From positions 192,001 to 256,000 of the forward strand of contig CAVYES010000004.1 of the NCBI GenBank assembly GCA_963767735.1: a stretch of 64,000 nt of DNA, read 5' to 3'. This document shows, in pieces, positions 11,333-21,580 of the stretch. The notes beneath the pieces are model-generated. The model made no database searches. It was not told the DNA's origin and saw nothing but the letters and a program-made list of their open reading frames with translations. The DNA is from Candidatus Bathyarchaeota archaeon. GTDB lineage: Archaea > Thermoproteota > Bathyarchaeia > Bathyarchaeales > Bathycorpusculaceae. The translations under genes and the position numbers were made by a program. Numbering within the stretch: position 1 is the stretch's first letter; every line of letters starts with the position of its first letter.

Positions 11333-12196
11333 TTATTTTGTCAATGCGTACGATTGCTTTAACAATTCCACAGCATAATCAATTTGCCCTTCCTGCGTAA
11401 TCTTAATTTCTTTTTCTTCTCCATTTCCATCGTTGAAATACCATTTGTAGGTTTTTTCTGTAATCCACTTTTGAGGGTCAATAAGTGTTCTTGGGTTTGC
11501 TCTTAATCTGATGGTTATTCCATCTTTGCGAAGCATTAGCACTGCAAACCTGTTTCCTGGGCCTATCTGTCCTTTGAATAATTGAAAGTCATCTCCGCTT
11601 AATTCAGTGGTTAAATCGGAAAACTCCTTTACAATAGAAAGCATCAATTCTTTTACCAAAAGCCTAACCTGACTATCGTTATCTTCTATCTTCTTTTCCC
11701 AGCTCACGGGTATTTTTAATGATTCACTATTATCTTTCTGCTTAACAGAATTCTGAGTCACTAACGCTGTTTCAGATGTTTTTATTGGAACGTTCTGTTT
11801 TGTTTCTTGCAAAAACCTTTGCAGGTCGGCCTCCGCATTGTAGAGTTCTTTTACGGCATCCATTTTACGTTTCATTATAGTCCATTTGGTAACGCCAATC
11901 GTTTTGATGACTTCATCGTTTCTGATGTGGGTACCGTGTAGCTTCCCGTCATAGGTGAACCTGTATGCTTGGCAATCCAGTAGATACCTTTCCGAACATT
12001 CCTTCCAGTGAGCTTTACCTCCATCTTTATTTTGCTCAAGAATATAACCTAAGAAGCCCTCATTCTTCGTTGCATAATCTTCGTCAGTCACAACAAAAAT
12101 AATTTCAGAAACAGTACCACTCTCCACGGTTTCCCAAGTGACGTCGAAGACGCCGAGTTCCCGAACCAACTCTATCTTTACTTTTGTTGCATTCAT
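11333..12196 (-). CDS. Hypothetical protein with C-terminal DUF5655-like domain
   Basis: C-terminus 'G.G..EIKI....QIDYAVELLKQSY' typical of DUF5655. Confidence 0.6.
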   Translation of the reverse strand: MNATKVKIELVRELGVFDVTWETVESGTVSEIIFVVTDEDYATKNEGFLGYILEQNKDGGKAHWKECSERYLLDCQAYRFTYDGKLHGTHIRNDEVIKTIGVTKWTIMKRKMDAVKELYNAEADLQRFLQETKQNVPIKTSETALVTQNSVKQKDNSESLKIPVSWEKKIEDNDSQVRLLVKELMLSIVKEFSDLTTELSGDDFQLFKGQIGPGNRFAVLMLRKDGITIRLRANPRTLIDPQKWITEKTYKWYFNDGNGEEKEIKITQEGQIDYAVELLKQSYALTK

Positions 12197-12257
12197 CTGC
12201 CAAACGCCATCCTTTTCACTTAATTGATTTTCTGTCGCATCTTACCATGTTTAACCA

Positions 12258-12710
12258 CTATAAATGTTTAGCCAAGTTTTTTGAGTTGCTTTCGGGGCAG
12301 TGAGGATTGAAGCAATTAAGACATCCTTTAGGGTGGGTTTGGCAAAGTTGTTTCTTCTTGAAACCCCATTTTTTTCTCAGCTCGTCAGCTTGTTCTTCTT
12401 GATCTTCTGATCTGCTTTTCGCTTTGGTGTAGCTGAGGTAGGCGTGGGCTATTTCGTGAGCTATTAGGGATTCTGAGTCTGTTCGTTTCAGAATTATCAT
12501 GTAGGGTTTGTTCATTTTTTCTACTTGTATAGTTTGACTTTGGCCTGCATGGAAAGAGATTTTCTGTAATGTAAATTGGTAAACTTCTTCAGGTAATCTT
12601 GCAAGAGCATTTAGTAGTCTTGCGTGAAGGTTACTCCATCGTTGAGCAAGACGGATAAATTCATCTATGTCACTGTTGAAGTCTACTACTGACATGGGTC
12701 TTCTTTTCAT
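12258..12710 (-). CDS. HExxH metallopeptidase-like protein with Cys-rich tail
   Basis: 'IAHEIAH...EEQAD...WGF'. Confidence 0.6.
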   Translation of the reverse strand: MKRRPMSVVDFNSDIDEFIRLAQRWSNLHARLLNALARLPEEVYQFTLQKISFHAGQSQTIQVEKMNKPYMIILKRTDSESLIAHEIAHAYLSYTKAKSRSEDQEEQADELRKKWGFKKKQLCQTHPKGCLNCFNPHCPESNSKNLAKHL

Positions 12711-12803
12711 ACTTATTCTCCATATTTCTCTTGGTGGTGTTCTTATCGTACATCTATTTTAGCTGTTTTCCTCACATTGGACACACAGAAAAACAAAACT
12801 AAA

Positions 12804-13115
12804 CTATGAAAATCTTGTTGAGCGGACCAATGCTTTAAAGTACATAACTATTCTGGTTCCGTAACAATTATAATAATGCCCCCAGCAGCATTCGTAACCT
12901 CGTGCAGATTCCGTTCGCTTCCCATTCTTTTCATGCAGAAAAACTATTACTCGTTCACCCGAATGTTGCCCTCGCGTAGCCAATGTTGCTTTTGCAATAA
13001 ATGGTTTCCCTTCTATCTCCGTCTGCAAAGAAAGCTCACCTTTAATATTCAAAGAATCCCATACTTTATCAAATTCACAATCCAATCTCACAGTTCCTCG
13101 ATGGGGCTCAAACAT
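12804..13115 (-). CDS. Hypothetical protein
   Basis: 103-aa ATG ORF co-oriented with its neighbours. Confidence 0.5.
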   Translation of the reverse strand: MFEPHRGTVRLDCEFDKVWDSLNIKGELSLQTEIEGKPFIAKATLATRGQHSGERVIVFLHEKNGKRTESARGYECCWGHYYNCYGTRIVMYFKALVRSTRFS

Positions 13116-13249
13116 ACATTTTTCCTAATCTATTCTTTTCATGTTAACAAATATTAGCCTTTCAATTTAACATAAAGGGAAAAAGTAGGGTATGAGTATT
13201 TTTAGGTTCAAGTTATAATAGTAACCATCAATCGTTTGGATGATAGAAA

Positions 13250-13927
13250 ATGGGATTAATAGGCTCCATTATGGTGCGGCTGCTTAGAGCACAACCATTT
13301 GAAATGCAAGCACTTGACACACTAGCAGAGAGTATGAAAGCAACTTCAATCCTCAAAAAAGATAGGTTCCATCGCTATTACAAATCGAGTATTCTTCCCA
13401 TTCCTTGCTTAGCCTACTCTGACGCGCTTGTCTTTAACTCCAATTATTATCAAATGCTTTCGCCTGATGAAGTTCTAGCAATTGGCGCCCACGAATTTAA
13501 TCACATAGCGAAAAGGCATATTGTAAAGAGGCTACCTCGAACGGTTCTTCCCGCTGCAATGCTTACTGTTGTGGCAGGTTACCTGTTTTTTATTAACTCT
13601 AACTCATTTCTGTTCATTGCATCGGCAGCGGTTCTGTCTTTCTTTTTCTTTTTGTTTGGTTCGTATTATGTTAACGCTAAATGGTTTAGAAAACAAGAAA
13701 CTGAATCTGACCTTAGTGCTGTCGAGTTCGTTAATGGAGCTGCCATGATATCTGCCCTGGCGAGGCTTCGTCCACAAAAAACAAGTTGGCTTTCTAAATT
13801 GATGCCTCATACCCATCCAACTATAGAGCAAAGAATACATGATATTCAAGCGGCTATGAGTGCTAAAAATTCATTTAACTTTACTATTACTTTTGGTGAC
13901 GGCACTTCTAAGCGATACTTATACTAG
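13250..13927 (+). CDS. M48 (HtpX-like) membrane metalloprotease
   Basis: HEFNH, two TM helices, 'E.ESD', 'THP...RI'. Confidence 0.85.
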   Translation: MGLIGSIMVRLLRAQPFEMQALDTLAESMKATSILKKDRFHRYYKSSILPIPCLAYSDALVFNSNYYQMLSPDEVLAIGAHEFNHIAKRHIVKRLPRTVLPAAMLTVVAGYLFFINSNSFLFIASAAVLSFFFFLFGSYYVNAKWFRKQETESDLSAVEFVNGAAMISALARLRPQKTSWLSKLMPHTHPTIEQRIHDIQAAMSAKNSFNFTITFGDGTSKRYLY

Positions 13928-14548
13928 ATTTTGTTCGGCCTACGCGCATAAATCCGTTGAAAATGCCAAATGGTTCCAAAAGTTCAAACGATATTCAGTT
14001 GGCTTTTAAGTTGAAGTGCGATTCCCTACCCCTCTTAGACGTCAAGGAAGAGTTTTAGCGCTCCGCGCTAGTTTGGGATGTTTGGCTTGTTGTTTTTTGG
14101 CGTTGGTGACTGCTTTTATTGTGAGTTTCTTTGTCTGATAGAACAACAACAGTGGTGTTGCCATTTCTGTTCAGGCTGGTTTGGGTTGCTTTTTTGAAGC
14201 AAAACCTAAATCGTTTGCAGGTTGCCTATTAAAATATCCTAGCATATCCTAGAATATCCCAGGTGGATGTTGTTTGTTTGCCGTTAACACAAAGAGTCAT
14301 TTTAGTGCGCATGGCTGTTCCAAAATTTGTCAAAAATGTCATATTTCCTTTTTTGCTCTCTGTCACACGTAAGTTGACCATTCACAACACACGCTTTAAA
14401 GCTTGACCCAAAAGCAGAAAGGGACTTAAAACCATTTTTCACCATTTTAGGGAACACGCATGCTCGCCGCGCACCATTTTCATTTCACTAAAAACGTTTC
14501 GGCGCTGGATACACCCAAAATGCCAAGAGTTCCGACCTCAGAAAGAGA

Positions 14549-14645
14549 CGGGCCCGGTGGGATTTGAACCCACGATCTCCGGCTATCTTCCGCTCATAGG
14601 AGCGTCCGAAGGCCGACACCTTAATCCGTGCTAGGCTACGAGCCC
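14549..14645 (-). tRNA. tRNA-Arg(TCG) with a 21-nt intron at 37/38 (14585-14605)
   Basis: Cloverleaf GGGCTCG...CGGGCCCG, T-loop TTCAAAT; canonical bulge-helix-bulge (CTTC/GAAG helix, GGA and ATA bulges). Confidence 0.95.
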
Positions 14646-14772
14646 TTTTCCATGCCTGAACTCTAGTATACGGTGCTAAAGGTGATATATTTGTGACATG
14701 TGTACTAGTGCCTTCAGCTTCGGATTTCGTGTTTGTAAGGGCAGAGGCAATATTTAGACTTTGCATGTCAAG

Positions 14773-16209
14773 TCAATCCGTCTTGGGTTTTCGGTAGAAG
14801 TGTACGCCGTTCATCTCGTCGAATTTCTCGTATCCTTTCCTGGCTACTTCTCTGAGTTCCTGCGGATTTCTTACCTCGACTATGTCGTATTCTTGGTCGC
14901 CGAAGCATTGAGCTGCAAGCTGCGCGTAGATCTGAACATAAGCTAATGAGCTGTGGCCTAGTAGATATTGGACTGCGTCTGGGTTGCCTTTGGCGTGGCG
15001 TTCTTTGGTTGCTCTCCAGTATCGGCAGCTGTAGAAGCTGATCTTTTTCAGTTCTGGATTGTTGAGTTTCTTAACTGCCCGGTTGCGCATTCTTCTGAAG
15101 ATGCATCCGGCGTTGTCAATGTTACCATAGGTGAAGACAAGTTTTCCGTTTAAGTGGGGCAGCGATAACAGCATATCTATCAGTGCTTCGCTTACCTGGA
15201 TGCTTCGGCAGTTACCGCCTTTCGCTGGATGATTGATGTTTATTCGTTTGTGTGGCTTGTCAATGTCCACCCATTCAATTCTCAAGGTTTCGATGGGTCG
15301 AGCTGCGGTTGCTTGCATTGTGAAACAGAAGGCGGCCATCTGAGTGCTGCAGCTTGAAAAAAGTTGGTCCTGATGTTCTTTTGGCGGTATGTAGGGGATT
15401 TTTCGTTTGAATTTGACTCTCGGTATATCTGCTTTGATGTTGTTGTGGGCCAAGAAGCTTTTGTAGGCCTTGGTTAACCCATTCTTTCTTATGGGAGTCA
15501 CGGTTTTTAATGCGTCTGAAGCCATGACTTCCCTGAAAGAGTCAGGATCGTACAGGTTAACGCCGAGTTTTGCTAGCCGTAGTAGGCTGTAGCCGTAATT
15601 GCGTACTGTTACGTCTACTTTGCCTTCAAGTTTGAGCTGGTGCTGGAAGTCTTTGATGACGATTTCGATGCCTTTCTCCGGTTGTTGCTGTTGTTTTTCT
15701 CCCTGCAAAACGCCCTTTTGTTCGGACGTTTGCAGCGTCAAATTTTTCGCTCCTTGCGCATATTTGGCGTTTTCTTGTATGCCAACCTGACTATTTATGC
15801 CTTCATTCAAATCCAAAGGGAGATAGCTGTTGGCAACTTGTTTAGCTCGTTCAAGGTCGTTGGGATCAGAGAAGCGTCGTCCGCAGGACTTGCAAACATA
15901 ACGCTGTATCTTAACATCGAAGTTACTGGTTGAAGTTCCGTTTTTAGAAACTCGGTGGCTGCCACATTCCGGGCACTGGGGGCTGGCACCGGCGTCCTCA
16001 GTTAGGGGCGACTTGCGACTAGTTAAACCGGCTTTACCAAATATGCGACTCTTCGCAAGTCCAGCTTTCCCCGCATCGTCTACTGATTCGGTTTCAGTCA
16101 CGTGGATCCCTTCCTTGCCTTCTGAGCGAATCGTAACCCCTGTCGTACCCCCATTTGGTTGAGGAGGGACCACTTGGTCCCGTCTGGTAACGATTTGTGC
16201 GCGAAACAA
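14773..16209 (-). CDS. Tyrosine integrase with N-terminal Zn ribbon
   Basis: CPECGS..KNG..QRYVCKSCGRRFS; catalytic R (ARPIE), K (AKGG), YxxR in place of HxxR, LGH, Y (VQIY). Confidence 0.9.
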   Translation of the reverse strand: MFRAQIVTRRDQVVPPQPNGGTTGVTIRSEGKEGIHVTETESVDDAGKAGLAKSRIFGKAGLTSRKSPLTEDAGASPQCPECGSHRVSKNGTSTSNFDVKIQRYVCKSCGRRFSDPNDLERAKQVANSYLPLDLNEGINSQVGIQENAKYAQGAKNLTLQTSEQKGVLQGEKQQQQPEKGIEIVIKDFQHQLKLEGKVDVTVRNYGYSLLRLAKLGVNLYDPDSFREVMASDALKTVTPIRKNGLTKAYKSFLAHNNIKADIPRVKFKRKIPYIPPKEHQDQLFSSCSTQMAAFCFTMQATAARPIETLRIEWVDIDKPHKRININHPAKGGNCRSIQVSEALIDMLLSLPHLNGKLVFTYGNIDNAGCIFRRMRNRAVKKLNNPELKKISFYSCRYWRATKERHAKGNPDAVQYLLGHSSLAYVQIYAQLAAQCFGDQEYDIVEVRNPQELREVARKGYEKFDEMNGVHFYRKPKTD

Positions 16210-16499
16210 ACCAGGTTTTTCTCTTCGGGTGTTTTCAGGAGATTTCTTATTTTCTGAATCGCAACCTGTAGTCTATTCTGTTTTTCATGCACCTGGCGCA
16301 GAAAAGCCTGATTTGAGGCGATTTCAAGCTCTAGAATCGTAACCACATTTCGCAGGGTGCCCTTTTTCTCGCAATTTCTCGCATATTCAGGACATTTCAG
16401 CCCATTTCTCCATTTTGGAATCGTAACCCTACTGTACACCCCCTTACCCTCAGAAGCACCTGGGCAGTCCTGAAACTGGGTTACGATTTGAGAGTTCAT
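16098..16499 (-). CDS. Hypothetical coiled-coil protein of the element
   Basis: ATGA overlap with the upstream ORF; overlaps the predicted integrase start. Confidence 0.45.
   Translation of the reverse strand: MNSQIVTQFQDCPGASEGKGVYSRVTIPKWRNGLKCPEYARNCEKKGTLRNVVTILELEIASNQAFLRQVHEKQNRLQVAIQKIRNLLKTPEEKNLVCFAHKSLPDGTKWSLLNQMGVRQGLRFAQKARKGST
16129..16488. repeat. Six copies of an AATCGTAACC(C)-like 11-mer
   Basis: Direct at 16129, 16257, 16335, 16419; inverted at 16185, 16478. Confidence 0.7.
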
Positions 16500-16768
16500 C
16501 TTAGATAACGCTCCTCAATGTCATCGGCTTGCCTGATGAGATCTCTGATGGCTTGTTCAGACAAAGGAATCGCCGGCTTCCATCTCAGTTGTTCAAGGGC
16601 GTCTTTGCGGGCGATTCTCTGAAGCCTCCTTTTCTTGAATTTGTAGAGTGCCACGCGATGGCTTGTCTTGCAGAATTTGCCCTTCGGATTCAGGGGCGTA
16701 AATGCTTTTCCGCACCATAAACAGTGTTTTTCCTTTCCAATGCAGGGCCTGTTTTGAACGCTAGCTAA
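16496..16768 (-). CDS. Small Zn-finger protein (start codon degraded or non-canonical)
   Basis: Open frame 'KHCLWCGKAFTPLNPKGKFCKTSHRV' after a GGAGG SD; begins TTA, so absent from the ORF track. Confidence 0.5.
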   Translation of the reverse strand, partial: LASVQNRPCIGKEKHCLWCGKAFTPLNPKGKFCKTSHRVALYKFKKRRLQRIARKDALEQLRWKPAIPLSEQAIRDLIRQADDIEERYLR

Positions 16769-17074
16769 CTACGAAGCCTCCTTGACTTGCGATATAATAC
16801 CGCATGCTATTGGTTTTTGCAGGGCAGGCCTGATAGCACGCGCTATACAGTTTTTAAGAGTTACTAATCCGATGCTTTGGCCATTGCAGGGTTGTAAGTT
16901 AGGTGTTGTTCTATTGTGCTCAACGAGAATTATTCGACTGGTTTCTTTTGATAACCAGCTTATCGTTTCACGTTCTACTGCTTCTTCTAGGGGTTGCTCT
17001 AAATTTTTGAAGAGCACGTGATCTTTATAGCGCACGTAAACGGGAGAACCCAGAGAAAAAGCTTGAGAAGCCAT
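16769..17074 (-). CDS. Hypothetical protein of the element backbone
   Basis: AGGTGA SD; co-oriented in an operon towards the integrase. Confidence 0.55.
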   Translation of the reverse strand: MASQAFSLGSPVYVRYKDHVLFKNLEQPLEEAVERETISWLSKETSRIILVEHNRTTPNLQPCNGQSIGLVTLKNCIARAIRPALQKPIACGIISQVKEAS

Positions 17075-17097
17075 TAGGTCACCTATGTTTGAGCTAA

Positions 17098-17436
17098 TTA
17101 TGTGCCTTCGTTGATTTCGGCTGTTTTGGTGAAGAGTTTTTGGAGTTCACAGTGTTCTTGCATGAATGTGGTTAATGCTTTTTCCGTGAAACCTGGTATC
17201 TTTGGAAATGCTCCGAGTCCCCTATCATAGATGATGTATAGCGAGTCTACGCCTTCTTTTTGGAGTGCTTCAGCAAACTCTTTGGGAAGGGTCAGCGTGT
17301 ATTGTGTGGAGCCGTCGCGTTTTTGCAGCTTGATTATTTTGTGTTCAACTATTTTAGGTATGCTCATTTCATTCATCTCAGCGATTGACTGGGATAATAT
17401 TAGACGATAATTATTTAAGCAATGCTTCACAAACAT
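17098..17436 (-). CDS. AbrB/MazE-like DNA-binding protein
   Basis: 'KLQK..GS.QY.LTLPKEF' swapped-hairpin motif; true start probably an internal Met. Confidence 0.65.
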   Translation of the reverse strand: MFVKHCLNNYRLILSQSIAEMNEMSIPKIVEHKIIKLQKRDGSTQYTLTLPKEFAEALQKEGVDSLYIIYDRGLGAFPKIPGFTEKALTTFMQEHCELQKLFTKTAEINEGT

Positions 17437-17455
17437 CCCAACTGGTAACTGAGAT

Positions 17456-18265
17456 ATGGCTGACGTGGCTACTTCAGAAACAGATCAGATTTCAAAAACC
17501 GAGCTCATACTATCGCATATAGCTGAGCAAGGACCTAAAACAGAATACGACCTATACAAACAATTTCCAAAATTAAGCCATGGAACAATCCATTTCTGCC
17601 TCAACAAACTAACCCAAGAGGGCCTCATAACATACTCCAAAATCAAAACTGGAAAAAAACAAATAAAGAAACAGTATCATCTAACTTTCATAGGGACAGT
17701 ATCTTATATTGGTAGTTTTCTTCACTGGCAAAGTGAGGAATTGACCGATAATCAGATAGCCGAACGCTTGAAATATTTTGATGAAGAGGAGCAAGGGGAG
17801 ATCATAGAGTTTCTATCCAAACAGGGGAAACTGCTCAAGTATGCGATTTTTGAAGAAAGCAAATGGCTGACACAACATTATCCAAGAATTGCAAGGGTGC
17901 TTGTAGTTATTGCCAATTCTATTTGCCGTAATCCTCCTAAACCCTATAAGAATCTGCTTCTAGTTGCAGTTGCCCACACAAATACAAAGACTTATTCCAC
18001 GTCCATAGATGAGAAAGGAGTTGAGGAAAAACTTCCAAGTGCCGAGGAGTTAATGGGGTTGGAGCAAGATGCTTTTAGAGACGAGTTTACTCGAATTTTT
18101 TTTGAGATAATAGTTTTTATGAAGCATGACGGCAAAGCTACTGCCAATCTTAGGCTTCGGCGGTTAGCTGAGGAAGAGCTTGAGGAAAGAAGACACGAAG
18201 CTTCAGAAGTAGAACTGGCTATACGACTATTTAGTGGGGGAGAGACTAAAACAAAAATAACTTAA
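17456..18265 (+). CDS. Winged-HTH regulator, divergent from the AbrB-like gene
   Basis: 'IL..IAEQGPKTEYDL...SHGTIH..L.KL...GLI...Y.LTF.G'. Confidence 0.75.
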   Translation: MADVATSETDQISKTELILSHIAEQGPKTEYDLYKQFPKLSHGTIHFCLNKLTQEGLITYSKIKTGKKQIKKQYHLTFIGTVSYIGSFLHWQSEELTDNQIAERLKYFDEEEQGEIIEFLSKQGKLLKYAIFEESKWLTQHYPRIARVLVVIANSICRNPPKPYKNLLLVAVAHTNTKTYSTSIDEKGVEEKLPSAEELMGLEQDAFRDEFTRIFFEIIVFMKHDGKATANLRLRRLAEEELEERRHEASEVELAIRLFSGGETKTKIT

Positions 18266-18527
18266 AATCAACACTTTCGCAGTAGCCAAGGTCTGAGCCG
18301 ACAGGTTGTTTAGGAAGGAAGGTGTTGAGTCTTCGTAATTGTGTAAGCATCAGGATATCGCCGTTGGTTAATCCGCTTGGCTACGTTAATTTGAGGTATT
18401 TGTTAGGGTGACAAAAAGTTTATTTAACAAGCGATAATGTGTTCTAAACAATGGTTAAAACATTGGTAAATTTGTCTTCTTTCTGCGGGTTCTCCGCTGA
18501 ACAAGGGGTTTTGCAGGGAGAAAAAGC

Positions 18528-19202
18528 TTGGAAAACGAACATTTTACTGGAATAGGCGAAATTAGGGAATTTCAGCAGGGAAAAAAGCGACATTTCAGCA
18601 GCAAAAGCGGGCATTCTAAGGTAAAAGATGCGTCATATCGCAAGGTTTCGGTCTACACTAAGAGCATGGAGCGATATATGAAGGAAAGAGAGCGACGGCG
18701 ACAGGTCCGGCTTTTAGCTGAAAAGGGATTTTCGCAGAAGCAGATCGCAAGTGAGCTGGGTGTTTCTACTCGGACCGTTAAGCGTGACTGGGATAAGATT
18801 CGACCATACGTTAAAGGTCAAACCCGCAAGGAAATTAGAGCGGTTGTGGATGAGCGTCAGAAAGAGTTTGAGCGGCGGTATGAAGGGTTAACGGTTAATG
18901 AAGAGCTTAAGCTTCTCAAGCAAGACATTAGAGCGACCGCTAAGAAGGTGCATCGGCTGCAGCCAAATCATACGCGGCAAGAACTGCGTCAGCAACCCAT
19001 TCGGCAGTTAGATTATGTTTTGGATCTTGATTCTCCGGCAGCTGACGGTTTTCCCCTTGTAATCTTTCCATTTCAAGGCGACAACATGCAGTTTACGGGC
19101 GACTTTGAAATAAGGTTCTCGGTAATAAAGAATGGAGAAAAAAGAGAACTACTCAATATCGGCATTTCAACGAATACAACCGCCCCGTTTCATAGCCCTT
19201 GA
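18528..19202 (+). CDS. HTH-domain protein
   Basis: 'GFSQKQIASELGVSTRTVKRDW'. Confidence 0.75.
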   Translation: MENEHFTGIGEIREFQQGKKRHFSSKSGHSKVKDASYRKVSVYTKSMERYMKERERRRQVRLLAEKGFSQKQIASELGVSTRTVKRDWDKIRPYVKGQTRKEIRAVVDERQKEFERRYEGLTVNEELKLLKQDIRATAKKVHRLQPNHTRQELRQQPIRQLDYVLDLDSPAADGFPLVIFPFQGDNMQFTGDFEIRFSVIKNGEKRELLNIGISTNTTAPFHSP

Positions 19203-19649
19203 TCTTTGATCGACAGATTGCAAAATTCAAAAGTTGTCAAAGCTTAAGGCTCATTCTCCGGATTATCTGCATCATTAGGAATAGCCAGTCTTTCTCATCA
19301 TTATCTGGCTCTTCTTCAAACATGCCTCAATCTCAATCACATATTTTAGATTCTGTTAGGTTATTTGTCATACGGACTATATTGGATAATGTTCACAATT
19401 TCTCCAAGCGGAACGGGCTTGGTTGCTCATTATCTTTAAAGGAATTATTTTGCATTGCCGTAAAAGTTCGCCATTTTTTTGCGTTTAAATTCGATTAAAT
19501 AAGGGCAATCACTGCATCTTGGACTCAATCTATAATCCCCTTATCGTATATCCTAGATTTCGTTTATCTATATTCGGGTATCTTAAGGTGTAGCACAAGC
19601 TATTTACACCTTAAGGTATCTTATAGTATACTTGTAAGAGTGTGGAATA

Positions 19650-20783
19650 ATGATAAGCGTACGTGTCAACTGCTTCAAGCCGTCGGTTGATGGATTCCAA
19701 TTCGGGAATCAATGGCCGCCGGGAACCCCTGATTATATAGTCAATATCCTGGGGCAGAATGTCACCATAGGAAGCGCAGCAAACGGTCTTTGTGGGGGCA
19801 TGGTCTACGCCGTGGCGGACATATTCGAGGCGGGTGATCTCCCTCCAGCCATCACCACTCCGCCAGCAGCAGGAACGTCGTTGTTCACCTATATCGTCGC
19901 ACGCCTGACGAACAGCTTCGACTGGGATGATGTAAATCAATACCTGTCCTGGATCCAGATGTCGGATCATGACACAGGTTTCGATACTCCATTTGGCCAT
20001 GTGACTACGGCACGTGGTCTTGCGTGGCATGAAATCACTGAAGAGTGGCCCAAGATTAAGGCAGATCTCGATGGCGGCTCCGTTTCGCTTCTAGGGCTGG
20101 TTCATGGTCAGGAGCCACCCACCATCGGTTTCATCACGGGACTACAGGATCTCGGTGGGTGTCATCAGGTGCTCGCGTGGGGATATGACTTGGATGGCAC
20201 GAACCTCACCATCTACATCTACGATCCCGACAATACTGGAGATGGAAACACCATTACCCTGGACATCGGTAACCCTGCCCACACGACACCGATCTCCGTA
20301 TCCCAGTGGCCCAACGGGACATTTCGTGGATTTTTCAGGACTCACTATCAGTTCCACGATCCCACGACCCCGGCCTCTGGCTCACTCGTTGGCATCGGCG
20401 TTGTCAGTAGCCCCGGGTTGACCGGATTGGCGCTCAACCCCTGTCTCCAGCCTCCACCTCCACAACTTTTAATGATTGTCACGGCTAGTCCTTTCCCCGT
20501 TCCTCTCAACACGCCAGTCGCGCTGACGGTCTCTGCTGAGGATGCCGCGACTCATGTGCCGCTCGATGGCACTGTCACTCTTCTGAATTATCCTGGTCCC
20601 AAGATCATCTCGTTTCCTACGGGCAAGCCGTTCCAGGTGACGCTGGGGTTAGGAACAATAACGGTGCAGAAGAGGATCAACATGGATGGATCGTTCAAGA
20701 TAGTGCAGGTCAAGGAAACAATCTACCCTGGGGTTACGGTTTCCGTTCCCAAGTATCGTGCTGGTGGTCTAACATTTCAGTGA
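19650..20783 (+). CDS. Putative papain-like (C39-like) cysteine peptidase with C-terminal beta domain
   Basis: Candidate triad Cys (GLCGGM), His (HQVLAWGY), Asp (IYDPD) in papain-fold order; Pro linker. Confidence 0.6.
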   Translation: MISVRVNCFKPSVDGFQFGNQWPPGTPDYIVNILGQNVTIGSAANGLCGGMVYAVADIFEAGDLPPAITTPPAAGTSLFTYIVARLTNSFDWDDVNQYLSWIQMSDHDTGFDTPFGHVTTARGLAWHEITEEWPKIKADLDGGSVSLLGLVHGQEPPTIGFITGLQDLGGCHQVLAWGYDLDGTNLTIYIYDPDNTGDGNTITLDIGNPAHTTPISVSQWPNGTFRGFFRTHYQFHDPTTPASGSLVGIGVVSSPGLTGLALNPCLQPPPPQLLMIVTASPFPVPLNTPVALTVSAEDAATHVPLDGTVTLLNYPGPKIISFPTGKPFQVTLGLGTITVQKRINMDGSFKIVQVKETIYPGVTVSVPKYRAGGLTFQ

Positions 20784-20904
20784 ACTCTGACTCGAAAGCT
20801 CTTGTTGCAACCGGCGTTGACAAGCTGCTTGGCTGGTGGTTGACGGGTAAACATAGAGTGGGCCTGTTACCGGAGCCCCGAGGCCAGCAGAGTTCATTGA
20901 GGAA

Positions 20905-21580
20905 GAGGTATTCTCTATGATTTGTTTTATGATCACTGGTGTTTTTTTCTGTTTCGGCTTCTTCGAAAAGTTTGGTTATTACCTCTTTTGAGTTGTCAAC
21001 AGGTTCAGCTTTGGTTTCCTGCCCTAATGCAACGGTTTCTCATTGCTAATTTCAGAAACTCGAGACTCGATATAGCATTTCGATAGTATTTGTCTTTGAG
21101 TTCTTCGAGCTTCTTTTCAAGTTCAATGAATCGCTGGTCATCTTGGTACTTGTAGAGTTTATAGACTATTTTTAGTTCAAATGTATTTGCTTTTCTTTTA
21201 GTGTTTCCGCGGTTGATTTGCTCAAGAATATGTTCATCCATAACTATTGTATCTAAAATCATGTCTAATTTCTTGAACTGTGACTTCATCGTGTATTAGT
21301 TTGATGTTTTTTCTCCCATTGCGTGCCATAAGAGTTTTCCTCTACCGCTTGTGGGGGGCTGATTGATTCGTAGACCTGTGTTAGCACTTATAGGCCTTCT
21401 CAAATGCTTTTAGAATAGGGTCTGGGGGATATTGCTTCCCAATGTTTGCTTAGATAAGAGTAGTCTGCCGCAAACTTGTCTCGCATTTTGTGGGTTGGAA
21501 AAGAGTCTTGTGCTGCTAATAATCCTTTGCGCCCTTCTTCAGTTCTATTGATGGCATTGTTTGGGAACATCGTTCCTCGA
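20905..21580 (-). pseudogene. hsdR: Type I restriction endonuclease subunit R, C-terminal remnant
   Basis: Fragments 'GLLAAQ..RDKFAADYSYLSKHWEAISP', 'LTQVYES..GKLLWHAMGEKT', 'DTIVMD' with several frameshifts. Confidence 0.75.

Noticed and set aside
14488-14766. 92-aa ORF
   Set aside because: It overlaps the tRNA-Arg gene, so it is a shadow ORF.
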